NCBI GenBank assembly: GCA_965205945.1
Contig: CBDBIB010000002.1
Coordinates: 224,001-288,000 of the forward strand
DNA length: 64,000 nucleotides
Reading direction: 5' to 3'
Source: Bdellovibrionales bacterium
GTDB taxonomy: Bacteria; Bdellovibrionota; Bdellovibrionia; Bdellovibrionales; UBA1609
The notes under the pieces were generated by a model. It was given only the letters and a program-made list of their open reading frames with translations, had not been told where the DNA came from and did no database searches. Made by a program: the position numbers and the translations under genes. Positions 40,461-50,103 of this stretch are shown one piece after another (within the stretch, counting starts at the first letter, position 1; each line of letters opens with the position of its first letter).

Positions 40461-41261
40461 TTAGATGTCTATTTTTTTAATAAAGAAAGGGTGTTTTTCA
40501 GGCATAACCTTTAAAATAAAGTCTTTAAAGTGAGCGGCTTCATCGGTGATGAGTATTTGGTCTTTTAATTTTTTATTAAAAGATAAGGAGTCTTTTAAAA
40601 GATTTCTTAATTGCACTGTTATTTTTTCAGAGGAATCAACAATTTTTATTACGATATTTTTTGATTTCATATGTTCTTTTAAGCGGTCTTTAAAAAAAGG
40701 AAAATGAGTACATCCTAGTATTAAAGTGTCGATTTTAGGGTTTTGTAGAATATCTAAAAGGTAGTAATCAAAAGTTATATTTAAAAGAGGGTGAAGGCTC
40801 CCCATTTCTTCAACAAGAGCAACTAGGGTTGGGCAGCTTACAGAGGTTAGCTTTACTTTAGGGTTTAAACTTAAAACTTCTTTGTCATATTTTTTTAAAG
40901 AAACAGTAGTTCTTGTTGCCCATAGTCCAATATGATTTGTTTTAGTTTTATTAAGGGCAGCATGGGCTCCAGCTTTAATAACTCCAATAGTTTTAACAGG
41001 CAGGTCTATTTCATTTAAAACACTAGAGGCAGAGTTACAGGCCACAACAATAGCTTTAATAGGGTAGTTTAAGATTAGATATTTAATATTTCGTTTAACA
41101 TATTTTTTTATAGTGTCTTTTGATTTAGTTCCGTAAGGAAGTCTTGCCGTATCGCCTAGATAAATAAAGGATTCATTAGGAAAATCAGTTAAAAGTTTTG
41201 TAAGAATACTTAAACCACCCACCCCTGAATCAAAAACTCCGATGTAGTCTTGTTTGTTCAT
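40461..41261 (-). CDS. murI: Glutamate racemase
   Basis: IGVFDSGVGGLS, GDTARLPYG, VACNSAS, LGCTHFP. Confidence 0.96.
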   Translation of the reverse strand: MNKQDYIGVFDSGVGGLSILTKLLTDFPNESFIYLGDTARLPYGTKSKDTIKKYVKRNIKYLILNYPIKAIVVACNSASSVLNEIDLPVKTIGVIKAGAHAALNKTKTNHIGLWATRTTVSLKKYDKEVLSLNPKVKLTSVSCPTLVALVEEMGSLHPLLNITFDYYLLDILQNPKIDTLILGCTHFPFFKDRLKEHMKSKNIVIKIVDSSEKITVQLRNLLKDSLSFNKKLKDQILITDEAAHFKDFILKVMPEKHPFFIKKIDI

Positions 41262-41277
41262 TATTAATGTTTCCTAA

Positions 41278-42327
41278 TTAAAGTAAAAGACCGTGGGCAA
41301 TAGATTCTTTAATTCCTGAGGGACTCATTTTAATAAAACGAGCATTATCTTTTATATCTGAAAACTTAAGAGCATTAATATAGCTCATTCCAGAACGGAT
41401 GCCACCTGTAAGTTCAAGAATTACGCTTTCAACATGACCTTTTATATTTATCATATGAGATTCACCCTCAGCAGCCATGCCTTTAGCCACTCCACCTCTC
41501 CAAGAGTCTTGAGCTGAACGAGACGCCATACCGCGATAAAGCTTTTTACCATGGCGAATTTCACCAGGGCTCTCTAATGTGCCAGCTAATAATGAACCCA
41601 CCATTACAGAATCTGCACCAGCACAAAAAGCTTTAAAAATATCTCCAGAAGTTTTTAACCCTCCATCGGCAATTATAGGAATATCGTGTTTTTCAGCCTC
41701 TAGTTTACACATTGCAATGGAGGTGAGTTGTGGAAGTCCACAACCAGTAATGATCCTAGTGGTGCACATTGAACCAGGTCCAATACCAACTTTTATAGCA
41801 TCTGCGCCAGTACTAGCAAGATCCTCTACAGCTTTAGGTGTTGCAACATTTCCAGCTATAACCTGTAAACTTGGAAATTCAGCCTTAATCCAAGAGGTTA
41901 AATCCATCATAGTTGAGCTATGTCCATGGGCTATATCAATAGTTATAAGCTTAATTCCTGCGTGAAAAAGAGCTTTTGCACGTTCTTTTCCCTTATCACC
42001 TATACCAATACTAGCTGCAAGCAAAGGTGTTTTTGATTTTTCAACGATTTTTAGTTCTTTAATTTGTTGTTTAATATCAATAAATCTATGAAGAATTCCC
42101 ATGGCTCCTAAATCCGACATAGCCTTAGCCATGTTGCCTTCAGTAATAGTGTCCATATTTGAGCTTATAATAGGAATTTTTCTTTGAATTTTTTTTGTAA
42201 TATATGAAGTTAAATCAGGGTTTGTTCTAGATTTAATTTCTGATTTACAAGGTACAATAAGAACATCATCAAAGGTTAATCCTTCAGGCCTATGAGCAAT
42301 GTCATGTCTAGTTAAAAATGTGCCCAT
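41278..42327 (-). CDS. IMPDH/GMP reductase family enzyme lacking CBS domains (probably GMP reductase)
   Basis: LTFDDVL, IDIAHGHS, KVGIGPGSMCTTR, IADGG, YRGMAS; no RY flap dyad. Confidence 0.85.
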   Translation of the reverse strand: MGTFLTRHDIAHRPEGLTFDDVLIVPCKSEIKSRTNPDLTSYITKKIQRKIPIISSNMDTITEGNMAKAMSDLGAMGILHRFIDIKQQIKELKIVEKSKTPLLAASIGIGDKGKERAKALFHAGIKLITIDIAHGHSSTMMDLTSWIKAEFPSLQVIAGNVATPKAVEDLASTGADAIKVGIGPGSMCTTRIITGCGLPQLTSIAMCKLEAEKHDIPIIADGGLKTSGDIFKAFCAGADSVMVGSLLAGTLESPGEIRHGKKLYRGMASRSAQDSWRGGVAKGMAAEGESHMINIKGHVESVILELTGGIRSGMSYINALKFSDIKDNARFIKMSPSGIKESIAHGLLL

Positions 42328-42338
42328 TAAGTTTCTCC

Positions 42339-43034
42339 TTAGGCTTTAAAATCATCTTGTGTTTTTTTCCCTTTGTTGAGTAATAAATAAATGTGGAAAA
42401 TATAAGCATAACTAATAATAACACTTATTGATTGAGCTAGAGTTGTTACTATGCCTAATAACATGTTTATAGGAGATTCAAAAATAATTTTTCCTTGGTT
42501 TGTAGCTAAAAATATTAATAAAGGAAAAATTAAAGTGAATATAAATAGTGGTATTAAAAAAGGACTGTTTAAAGAAAGTTTATTTCGGGATTCTTTAATA
42601 GGATCAAAGTGAGGATCATTCATTCTAGAGTCTAAAAAAACCATGGGAATAGAGAGGCTTAATCTTAAATTTTCAAGGATACCTGGGATAATAAGAAGAA
42701 AAGTCCGTAGTATAACTCTAACTTGAAATCTAGCTTCAATGATAATCCAATTAACTAAATGAGGTTTTAAAAAATTTAAAACAGATTTTTTAGAATGAAG
42801 TTTTAACAGGTCACCAAACGTAAAAATAGAATATATTTTTATATAAGCTCCAAAAAAAAGATTTATTAAAAAAGCTATAAGTGTAAATTTAATTTGATCT
42901 GTATCACTATAAGAATTTGTTTTGATAAGAATTTGAGCAAAATTTAAAGTAATGAGTTGAGTAAAAACTAATAAAAACACAATTGTAAAGTGCTTTGAAA
43001 AAAAAAAGAGTTTAATGAGTTTTTTAAAGTCCAT
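42339..43034 (-). CDS. Hypothetical integral membrane protein
   Basis: About 5 hydrophobic segments; FLLIIPGI motif. Confidence 0.6.
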   Translation of the reverse strand: MDFKKLIKLFFFSKHFTIVFLLVFTQLITLNFAQILIKTNSYSDTDQIKFTLIAFLINLFFGAYIKIYSIFTFGDLLKLHSKKSVLNFLKPHLVNWIIIEARFQVRVILRTFLLIIPGILENLRLSLSIPMVFLDSRMNDPHFDPIKESRNKLSLNSPFLIPLFIFTLIFPLLIFLATNQGKIIFESPINMLLGIVTTLAQSISVIISYAYIFHIYLLLNKGKKTQDDFKA

Positions 43035-43289
43035 ATTAGAAATAAAGCCTATCTGTTTTAAGCTTTAAAGGGTAGTTTATATCTAAAATATGAGGGATAA
43101 TTAAGCTTTTTCTTATAATGATAAAATTAAATTCAAGGATTTAGGCTCTAAAAGGTTATTAAAATTTAGATTATTCTCATAAAATATCTTTTTGTGACAA
43201 ATTATATGTTAGATATATAAGAACAATGCACTTTTGCAACAAAGTCAGGATTTTTTATAAAATCTTAATATTATATAGTTAAAAGAGTT

Positions 43290-43316
43290 TAATTCTTTTA
43301 CAGCTTTTGCCGATAT
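43290..43316 (+). promoter_or_regulatory. Sigma28 (FliA)-like promoter
   Basis: TAAT-N15-GCCGATAT versus consensus TAAA-N15-GCCGATAA; ends 9 bp before the ATG at 43326. Confidence 0.55.
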
Positions 43317-43325
43317 GTTTTTATA

Positions 43326-45488
43326 ATGAAAATATGTATTGGAGTTTTATTATTAATATTTTTGCAAGCTGCCTATGGCGGTGATGCACCTGGTAATTAC
43401 TACCCCTATGGTGGTGTCTATGGCTATGACGGTTATGATTTTATTTACGAGGATACTGATGATACTTACGATGATCCTGGCGGTCTGTACGATGATACTA
43501 GTGACTCCCATGAGGATACCTTTGGCGGTCATGATGTAGGTGCTGTACCTGCTCATCAGAAAGAACGTTATGGCTATTACGATGATACTGGCGGTCCGTA
43601 CTATGATACTTACGATATAGGTATGGATTCTATGGGAGATAATGACTTGGCCGTAGCTTTAGAAAATTGTAGAAATACAGGCGGCACTGTGAAGGTGACA
43701 AGTTCTTCCCCTAGAGTATTTGAATGTGTGTATCCAAAAAATCAACCACAGATTGGTGATAGTGACTCCCATGAGGAGGATACCTCTGGCGGTAACAGTA
43801 TTGATTCTATGGGAGATAATGAATTGGCCGTAGCTTTTTGTAGAAATACAGGCGGCACTGCGAAGGTGACAAGTTTTTTCCCTAGAGCATTTGAATGTGT
43901 GTATCTAAAAAATCAACCACAGATTGGTGATAGTGACTCCCATGAGGAGGGTCTAGAAAATACACAAAACTGTGAATTATTTGATTATGAAGGTGATGCT
44001 GCTTTATGTACTGTTCAAAATGCCAGTCATAATAAGTTAAAATGTCCTTATCTTGCATGTTTTACTCAACAAGAGATAGAGTTAACTACTAATTTAATAA
44101 AAAAAGAATTAGAAGAACTTTTAGACAAAGCAAAAATAAAGGAAATTCAACGTTGTCAGAGTGCTGTTAAAACTTATAAAGCTAAGTGTGTGGAGAGTCC
44201 TTCTCAAATTAATGCTAATGGTAATACAGCAAGGGCAGGATCAGCTGAACTATGTAGCCAAGTAAAACAAGTGGCTGAACAAGAACTAGAGGCTGACACA
44301 AACTTTGTATCTAAATGTGAAGAAGCTTATGTAGAATTTTTTGGTGACAAATGTCTTTTAAGCGTTAGTAAAGAAGTTTCGAGGATTGCTGAATTTAATG
44401 GGCAGGTTATTAAAGAAATTACAGAATCTGGAACTCGCTATATTAATGAAAATAATACCTTGAGTAATGAAGTTGATGCTTTACGTGTTCGTGTAGTAAA
44501 ACGCTCTAACGAATTAGACATTAGCCGTGGAAAAATACAAGAAGCTGCGGATAAATGTCTGGCTACATTTAAAGAGCCTGATAAAGATCCAACATTTGCA
44601 GAAAAAATAAAACAAAAGAGTGAAAAGTATTTAAAAAAAGTGCCTAAACTTTTAGAAAAACATTCAGGAAAAATTGAAAAATATTCAGGAAAAATTAAAA
44701 AATGGCTAGCAAAAAAAGACTTAGATGATAAGGATAATAAGTTAGCAGGAGGGAGTGGAGTAAAAACAAACTATGACAGTGTTTATATAAAAGGGCAATC
44801 TAACAATGCTGGCGAAACAATTAGTCTAAGTAGTGGGTTACAAGAGGATGCTCCTTCTTATGGAGGAGGATTAGATGATCAACATCTTCATGTAAAAAGT
44901 TCTAATTCTAAGCCGATTACTCCTAAACATTATAATGAGCAACAAGCCTCTAGAAACACTCCTTCTGTAGGAGTCACAGGAGCTAATCTTTTTACAGATT
45001 CAAAAAACAGTAAGGGTAATGCCAGAAAAGTTAAAAGAAGGCGTGGCATTAAAGAACGAAAGCTTTTTAATGGATATAAAGTTAAAAACTTAAAGCCCTC
45101 CTTTCTTGGTCATCATATATCTATACCTAAAAAAACGGATTTTGCTATATATGGTAAAAAACGCTTACGTAAAAGACTAGAAGAGGCTCAAGATAAATTC
45201 GGAAAAAATGTTCCACTTGCTTTTGTAAATGGTAAATTTGTACAAGCATTTTTAGCAGAGCAAGAAGCAAAGAGAAAATTAGCAAGAACTGCTGCTGTGG
45301 GGGCAAGAAAATGGGGTAAATCAATTCTAGTCTTTTCAAATGGAGAAATTGCTACTGATATAAATCCAAACATGATGGGAGATATTTTTCGTCAAATAAA
45401 TTTTAGGTATCAGCAAGTTTTTCCTGAAGAAGCATCTAGGTTTGACCTTAAAGCTTATAAAAAAGGTACAAGTATTAGGATTGATTAG
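43326..45488 (+). CDS. Large secreted protein with Asp/Tyr/Gly-rich repeats, Cys-rich helical core and C-terminal DIF..I..RY motif
   Basis: Signal peptide ending AYG; internal duplications; 720-aa open frame. Confidence 0.75.
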   Translation: MKICIGVLLLIFLQAAYGGDAPGNYYPYGGVYGYDGYDFIYEDTDDTYDDPGGLYDDTSDSHEDTFGGHDVGAVPAHQKERYGYYDDTGGPYYDTYDIGMDSMGDNDLAVALENCRNTGGTVKVTSSSPRVFECVYPKNQPQIGDSDSHEEDTSGGNSIDSMGDNELAVAFCRNTGGTAKVTSFFPRAFECVYLKNQPQIGDSDSHEEGLENTQNCELFDYEGDAALCTVQNASHNKLKCPYLACFTQQEIELTTNLIKKELEELLDKAKIKEIQRCQSAVKTYKAKCVESPSQINANGNTARAGSAELCSQVKQVAEQELEADTNFVSKCEEAYVEFFGDKCLLSVSKEVSRIAEFNGQVIKEITESGTRYINENNTLSNEVDALRVRVVKRSNELDISRGKIQEAADKCLATFKEPDKDPTFAEKIKQKSEKYLKKVPKLLEKHSGKIEKYSGKIKKWLAKKDLDDKDNKLAGGSGVKTNYDSVYIKGQSNNAGETISLSSGLQEDAPSYGGGLDDQHLHVKSSNSKPITPKHYNEQQASRNTPSVGVTGANLFTDSKNSKGNARKVKRRRGIKERKLFNGYKVKNLKPSFLGHHISIPKKTDFAIYGKKRLRKRLEEAQDKFGKNVPLAFVNGKFVQAFLAEQEAKRKLARTAAVGARKWGKSILVFSNGEIATDINPNMMGDIFRQINFRYQQVFPEEASRFDLKAYKKGTSIRID
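43626..43950 (+). repeat. Near-identical ~150-bp intragenic direct repeat pair
   Basis: 43626-43779 versus 43803-43950 (GATTCTATGGGAGATAATGA...TAGTGACTCCCATGAGGAGG); few substitutions and one 6-bp in-frame indel. Confidence 0.92.
44655..44696 (+). repeat. 21-bp in-frame tandem duplication
   Basis: GAAAAACATTCAGGAAAAATT GAAAAATATTCAGGAAAAATT. Confidence 0.85.
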
Positions 45489-45568
45489 ATATTTTATTAT
45501 TGCTTAAGTCTAGAAAAGTACTAAAAATATTTTGTAAAGTTTTTTAAAAAAGACTAGGTTTATACTAA

Positions 45569-47290
45569 ATGAAAATAGCATCGTATAACCTGATATTAGT
45601 TCTTTTTTTATTCACAGCTTCCGTAGCAAGTGCTGAATCTTGTTTAATGTCCTTTGATAAAATTAAAAATAGTGACCTTTGTAATATGAATAAAATAAAG
45701 AAGTTAAAAGATGAAAGTTTAGCTTCGTTTGCTTTGTGTAATAAAAGAAAGGTGACTAAAGCTTTAAGACTTTTTGCAAGTTGTGAGCAAATGGCACTAA
45801 AAACATCTCATGTTTGCAAACAAGAAAGTACTACGGGTGCCACACAAAAACTTATATCTTATATAAGTTTTATAAAAAATACTAAAAATCGTTTACAAAG
45901 TAAAAAATTTACTCATTGTTTTAAGACTAAAGCTTTACTTAATAAATTAAAGACTAAAGATTTATTAAAAGTGGCCTCCTTAGCCATAGATAATAAAGGA
46001 ATTAAAGAGTCTTCCTTAAAAAAAGAATCTAAAATTATAAACTCTACAAAGACTAGTGATTCTTTAATTATAAAACAAACTGCTCTTAAAAAAAAGAATA
46101 TAAAAAACAAAGAAGCTTCATACAAAGTTGATCCAAAGGATTTTAAACAAACCCTTATCCAGGGTAAAACAAAAACAAAAAATGTTGTAAAAAAAATAAA
46201 AAATAAAAATATAACTAGAAGTTTAACATCTTTAATAAATAATAAAGCTCTTTTAAAAGAAGCTTTATTAGATGATAATAATAAAGATTCTATATTTTAT
46301 GGAATGACAGATCTTCAAAAAAGCTTATGTAAGAAGGTTCTTAAATCTGGAGATGAGAAGGGAATTAGGGCTGCGTGCCTTCAATCAATAAATGCTGCAT
46401 GGTTTCTGGATCGAGACAATTCTATGTCTGATGTAAATGATGATGCAAGCAAAGCACTTTATATATTATCAAGCAAAAAAGGACGAGTAGTGCTTACCCA
46501 AATTTGTCCCGGAGTTTTTGTAACTGTAGCACATGCAGCAATTTCTAATAAGGTTTTATCTTATAAAGGGGAAGCTTTAAAAAAATTTTTAGCAAGTAGG
46601 GCTGGAGAAAGAATTAGAATTTATTCTTTTCCTCACACAAAAGGCAGATATTTTAACGGAGAGTCTATAAACTTTGAGTATTTTGGAGAACGCTTAAGTA
46701 AACCTGAAGCTTTTAATAACCTTTTTGATGACTATTTAATATTAAAATTAAAACCATTAGAGGCAAAAGCCTACGCAAAATCTAAGGGGTTTAGGTACAA
46801 TCCTGAGTATTATATTACCCCAGTGTCAGCTTTTGCTGAAAAAATTAAAAGGGCTTCTGATAATAAGGAAATTGATATTTACCTTTATAGAGGAAGAACA
46901 CGGTTTAATTTTGATAACGAAGCTAAAACTCCTATTATTAATGAGGATGGTTACTTTGAGGACAGGAGTATGTCACCACTTTTAAGTAAGATTTTTGATG
47001 TACCTCAAAGAGTTAATGTACGGTGTGAAATTGGAGATGGTAGTAGAAATTTTATGATACATTCATGTCCAACAGAAAATGGAGTGTCTTCGAGTCCTTA
47101 TATTTTTAAAAAGAATAAAAAGTTTTATTTAGTTGGTATTCATCAAAGCGGAAATGGTAGGCGTGAAGAAAAATTTGATTTTAATCAAAATGGAGGTACT
47201 ACTTGCTTACTATCTAATGCTTTTTGTAAAGACTATGAAAAAGCTTGTGGTAAACCCTGCTTAACTTTAGAAAAAGTGCTTTCTATATAA
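45569..47290 (+). CDS. Secreted protein with C-terminal trypsin-like (S1) serine protease domain
   Basis: Signal peptide ending ASA; VTVAH (His), DDYLILKL (Asp), CPTENGVSSSP (Ser), LVGIH. Confidence 0.72.
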   Translation: MKIASYNLILVLFLFTASVASAESCLMSFDKIKNSDLCNMNKIKKLKDESLASFALCNKRKVTKALRLFASCEQMALKTSHVCKQESTTGATQKLISYISFIKNTKNRLQSKKFTHCFKTKALLNKLKTKDLLKVASLAIDNKGIKESSLKKESKIINSTKTSDSLIIKQTALKKKNIKNKEASYKVDPKDFKQTLIQGKTKTKNVVKKIKNKNITRSLTSLINNKALLKEALLDDNNKDSIFYGMTDLQKSLCKKVLKSGDEKGIRAACLQSINAAWFLDRDNSMSDVNDDASKALYILSSKKGRVVLTQICPGVFVTVAHAAISNKVLSYKGEALKKFLASRAGERIRIYSFPHTKGRYFNGESINFEYFGERLSKPEAFNNLFDDYLILKLKPLEAKAYAKSKGFRYNPEYYITPVSAFAEKIKRASDNKEIDIYLYRGRTRFNFDNEAKTPIINEDGYFEDRSMSPLLSKIFDVPQRVNVRCEIGDGSRNFMIHSCPTENGVSSSPYIFKKNKKFYLVGIHQSGNGRREEKFDFNQNGGTTCLLSNAFCKDYEKACGKPCLTLEKVLSI

Positions 47291-47374
47291 AAACTTAACT
47301 CTTATGTATTATTTATCTGACAATTTAAAGTTAAATTTTATTTAGTAATTGAATTTAATGGTTTTAAAATAAGC

Positions 47375-48340
47375 TTAATTTGCGTATTTTATTCTTTTTG
47401 CATCTTGGTGAAGGGCTTTTGTTTTATGTCCGTGCTTAAAGTGATGAGCACAATTTTTTGAGCAAGTTTGATATTTTTTTTCTTTATTCCAACAAATTTT
47501 ACAAACTCCGTAAGATTCTAAGTTACATTGAATACAGTTAAATTCATTTTTTTTGCAGGGTTGCCCGCAATGTATACAAAGTGTGTGCGTACTTGTGGGT
47601 TTTAAATTTTGATTTATAGCAACTCTATGGTCAAAAATAAAACACTCACCAGTAAAATGAGCATTGGGATATTTAGCTAAATAGTTTAATATTCCACCTT
47701 CTAGTTGGTATATTTGCTTATATCCTTGCTCGGCCATTTCTAAAGAGCCTTTCTCACACCTAATGCCACCAGTGCAGAAGACGAGAACAGGTTTATTTTT
47801 TTTAAGATTAGATTTTTTAACTAGATCTGGAAATTGAGTAAATTCATTCATATTCCAATTTTGCGCATTAGTAAAAGTCCCCATCTCAACTTCAAAACTA
47901 TTTCTAATATCAATTAACTGTACATCAGGGTTATTCGTTAAAAACTCATGCCACTGTTTTGGTGACATATGCTTTACAGAATCTGGTTTTTTACTCTTTG
48001 GTGAGAGTTTTGTTTTACCAATAGTAACGATCTCATCTCGAAGCTTTACCTTCATTCGTCTAAATGGACTAGGTGCATAGGTAAAACTATCTTTAAAAGT
48101 AATTTTTTCTCCAGAAAGCTTATTTAAATGGTCTTTAAATAAGCTTAATGAGCCCTCTAAAGCAACTGTGCCATTAAAACCCTCAGTTGAAACTATGATT
48201 AGGCCTTTAATATCATTGTTATGGCACCATGCTTTAAGTAAAGTTATATGTTCTTTAATAGAATGGCTTTTAGGCCAGTTAAAGAACTTATAAAAAGTCG
48301 TAACATAATATTTCTTTTGTACTTTTTCATCTTTTATCAT
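47375..48340 (-). CDS. trhO: Rhodanese-domain tRNA U34 hydroxylase, TrhO/UPF0176 family (start 48340 preferred over 48373)
   Basis: EGFNGT, PFRRMKVK..EIV, DIRNSFEVEMGTF, FCTGGIRCEK, QLEGGILNY, CFIFDHR. Confidence 0.9.
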   Translation of the reverse strand: MIKDEKVQKKYYVTTFYKFFNWPKSHSIKEHITLLKAWCHNNDIKGLIIVSTEGFNGTVALEGSLSLFKDHLNKLSGEKITFKDSFTYAPSPFRRMKVKLRDEIVTIGKTKLSPKSKKPDSVKHMSPKQWHEFLTNNPDVQLIDIRNSFEVEMGTFTNAQNWNMNEFTQFPDLVKKSNLKKNKPVLVFCTGGIRCEKGSLEMAEQGYKQIYQLEGGILNYLAKYPNAHFTGECFIFDHRVAINQNLKPTSTHTLCIHCGQPCKKNEFNCIQCNLESYGVCKICWNKEKKYQTCSKNCAHHFKHGHKTKALHQDAKRIKYAN

Positions 48341-48385
48341 AAAAAAGATTAATAACAATAAATAAAGGACCATTCAACAATTCAT

Positions 48386-49285
48386 ATGAAAAAACCTCTT
48401 GAAATAAAAAATGTAACAAAAAAGTACAATGATTTTATAGCTGTAAATAACGTGAGTTTTGATTTAGAAAGTGGAGAAATTTTTGGTCTTTTAGGACCTA
48501 ATGGTGCAGGAAAAACTACTTTAATTTCTTGTATTGTAACTCTTGAGCAAATGACAAGAGGAGCTGTGAAAGTTTTAGGGAATGATATTTATCAGAACCC
48601 TAAAACTGCTAAAACTTTTTTAGGATATGTGCCTCAAGAAGTCATTAATCATGGGTATTTTACTGTTAGAGAAATACTTCAATTTTATTCTGGCTATTTT
48701 GGTCTTTTAAAAAATAATGAAAGAATAAACTACCTATTAGAAAAACTTAGATTAACGAAGCAAAGAAATAAAAATGTAAAGCAATTAAGTGGTGGGATGA
48801 AGAGGCGACTTATGATTGCAAAAGCCTTGGTTCATAGTCCTAAAGTTTTATTATTAGATGAGCCTACAGCTGGTGTAGATATAGAACTTAGAAATTCATT
48901 ATGGGAATTTGTATTAGAACTTAAAAAAGCGGGGACAACAGTTCTTTTAACAACCCATTACTTAGAAGAAGCTGAAAGTCTTTGTGATAGAGTGGCAGTT
49001 ATAGATTATGGAGAGATAAAAAAGATTGGAAAAACAAAGGATTTAATTTCAGAACTAACTTTTAGAAAGTTAGAGATTCAAACAGCTTTAAAAGTAGAAT
49101 TAAATAAGTCGGAGTACATAAAAGAGCAAACTCAGACAAAAATCTGTGTGGAGTTTCCATCAAAATTTCAAGTAGGAGAGATATTATTAAAAATAGGATT
49201 AGATTTTAATAAAATTGTTGATTTACAGTTAAAAGAAGGATCTTTAGAAGAAGCTTTTTTAAAAATCTTAGGAGGAAAATCATAA
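48386..49285 (+). CDS. ABC transporter ATP-binding protein (YadG-like)
   Basis: GPNGAGKTT, LSGGMKRR, LLLDEPTAGVD, TTHYLEEAE. Confidence 0.95.
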   Translation: MKKPLEIKNVTKKYNDFIAVNNVSFDLESGEIFGLLGPNGAGKTTLISCIVTLEQMTRGAVKVLGNDIYQNPKTAKTFLGYVPQEVINHGYFTVREILQFYSGYFGLLKNNERINYLLEKLRLTKQRNKNVKQLSGGMKRRLMIAKALVHSPKVLLLDEPTAGVDIELRNSLWEFVLELKKAGTTVLLTTHYLEEAESLCDRVAVIDYGEIKKIGKTKDLISELTFRKLEIQTALKVELNKSEYIKEQTQTKICVEFPSKFQVGEILLKIGLDFNKIVDLQLKEGSLEEAFLKILGGKS

Positions 49286-50085
49286 TGTTTTCTAATAAAC
49301 AAGACATTCGATTTCATCCATTCTTAATGCTTTTTTGGAAAGAAATAAGAAGATTTCTAAGAGTAACTGTTCAAACAGTTATTACCCCAGTAATCAATTC
49401 AAGTCTTTATCTTGTTATATTTGGAGTGAGTCTTGGCAGTAGTATTGATACAGGGTTTAATATTCCTTATTTAGCTTTTTTGATTTCAGGTCTTGTGATG
49501 ATGTCGTGTTTAAATAATTCGTTTCAAAACACATCGGCTTCTATTGTTAGTGGTAAATTTTCAGGAGACTTAGAAGATTTAAAAGTGGTGCCTTTAAGTC
49601 AACAACAGATTATATGGGCAATGTGTTTTGGTGGTGTGACAAGAGGTGTATTGGTTTCAGCCGTAAATTTTTTAGCAGGTCAGTGCTTTTATTATTTACA
49701 TTTTGGCCACTTTATAAATATTCATTCAATATTTGGTTTAGTTTTTTTTCTAATTTCTGGAGCTCTAGTTTATGCAAAACTTGGAATTTTTGTAGCTTTT
49801 TTATCAAAAACTTTTGATCAAATGAGTGCAGTTACAGTATTTGTACTACAACCACTTGCATTTTTAGGTGGAGTGTTTTTTAGTTTAAATAATCTAAGTC
49901 CCTTTTGGAAACAGGTCTCGTTGTTTAATCCTGTGTTATATTTAATAAATGGGGTTAGGTATAGTATTTTGGGTGTAGCAGACGTGGCAGTGGAGTCTTC
50001 AACTATTGTAATATTAGTGAGTTTAGTTGTTTCTCATGGACTTGTGGTGTTTACATTAAATCGTAGTGATTTTAAAAGATGGTGA
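49285..50085 (+). CDS. ABC-2 type permease (YadH-like)
   Basis: KEIRRF.RV..QT, LYLVIFG, FLGGVFF, NPVLYLING.RY. Confidence 0.92.
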   Translation: MFSNKQDIRFHPFLMLFWKEIRRFLRVTVQTVITPVINSSLYLVIFGVSLGSSIDTGFNIPYLAFLISGLVMMSCLNNSFQNTSASIVSGKFSGDLEDLKVVPLSQQQIIWAMCFGGVTRGVLVSAVNFLAGQCFYYLHFGHFINIHSIFGLVFFLISGALVYAKLGIFVAFLSKTFDQMSAVTVFVLQPLAFLGGVFFSLNNLSPFWKQVSLFNPVLYLINGVRYSILGVADVAVESSTIVILVSLVVSHGLVVFTLNRSDFKRW

Positions 50086-50103
50086 TAAGTAAGGGAGTAA
50101 AAG

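Noticed and set aside
43440..43950. Direct repeats as a CRISPR array or DGR template/variable pair
   Set aside because: Repeats are in-frame coding duplications with irregular spacing; differences are not adenine-specific; no cas or RT gene in the window
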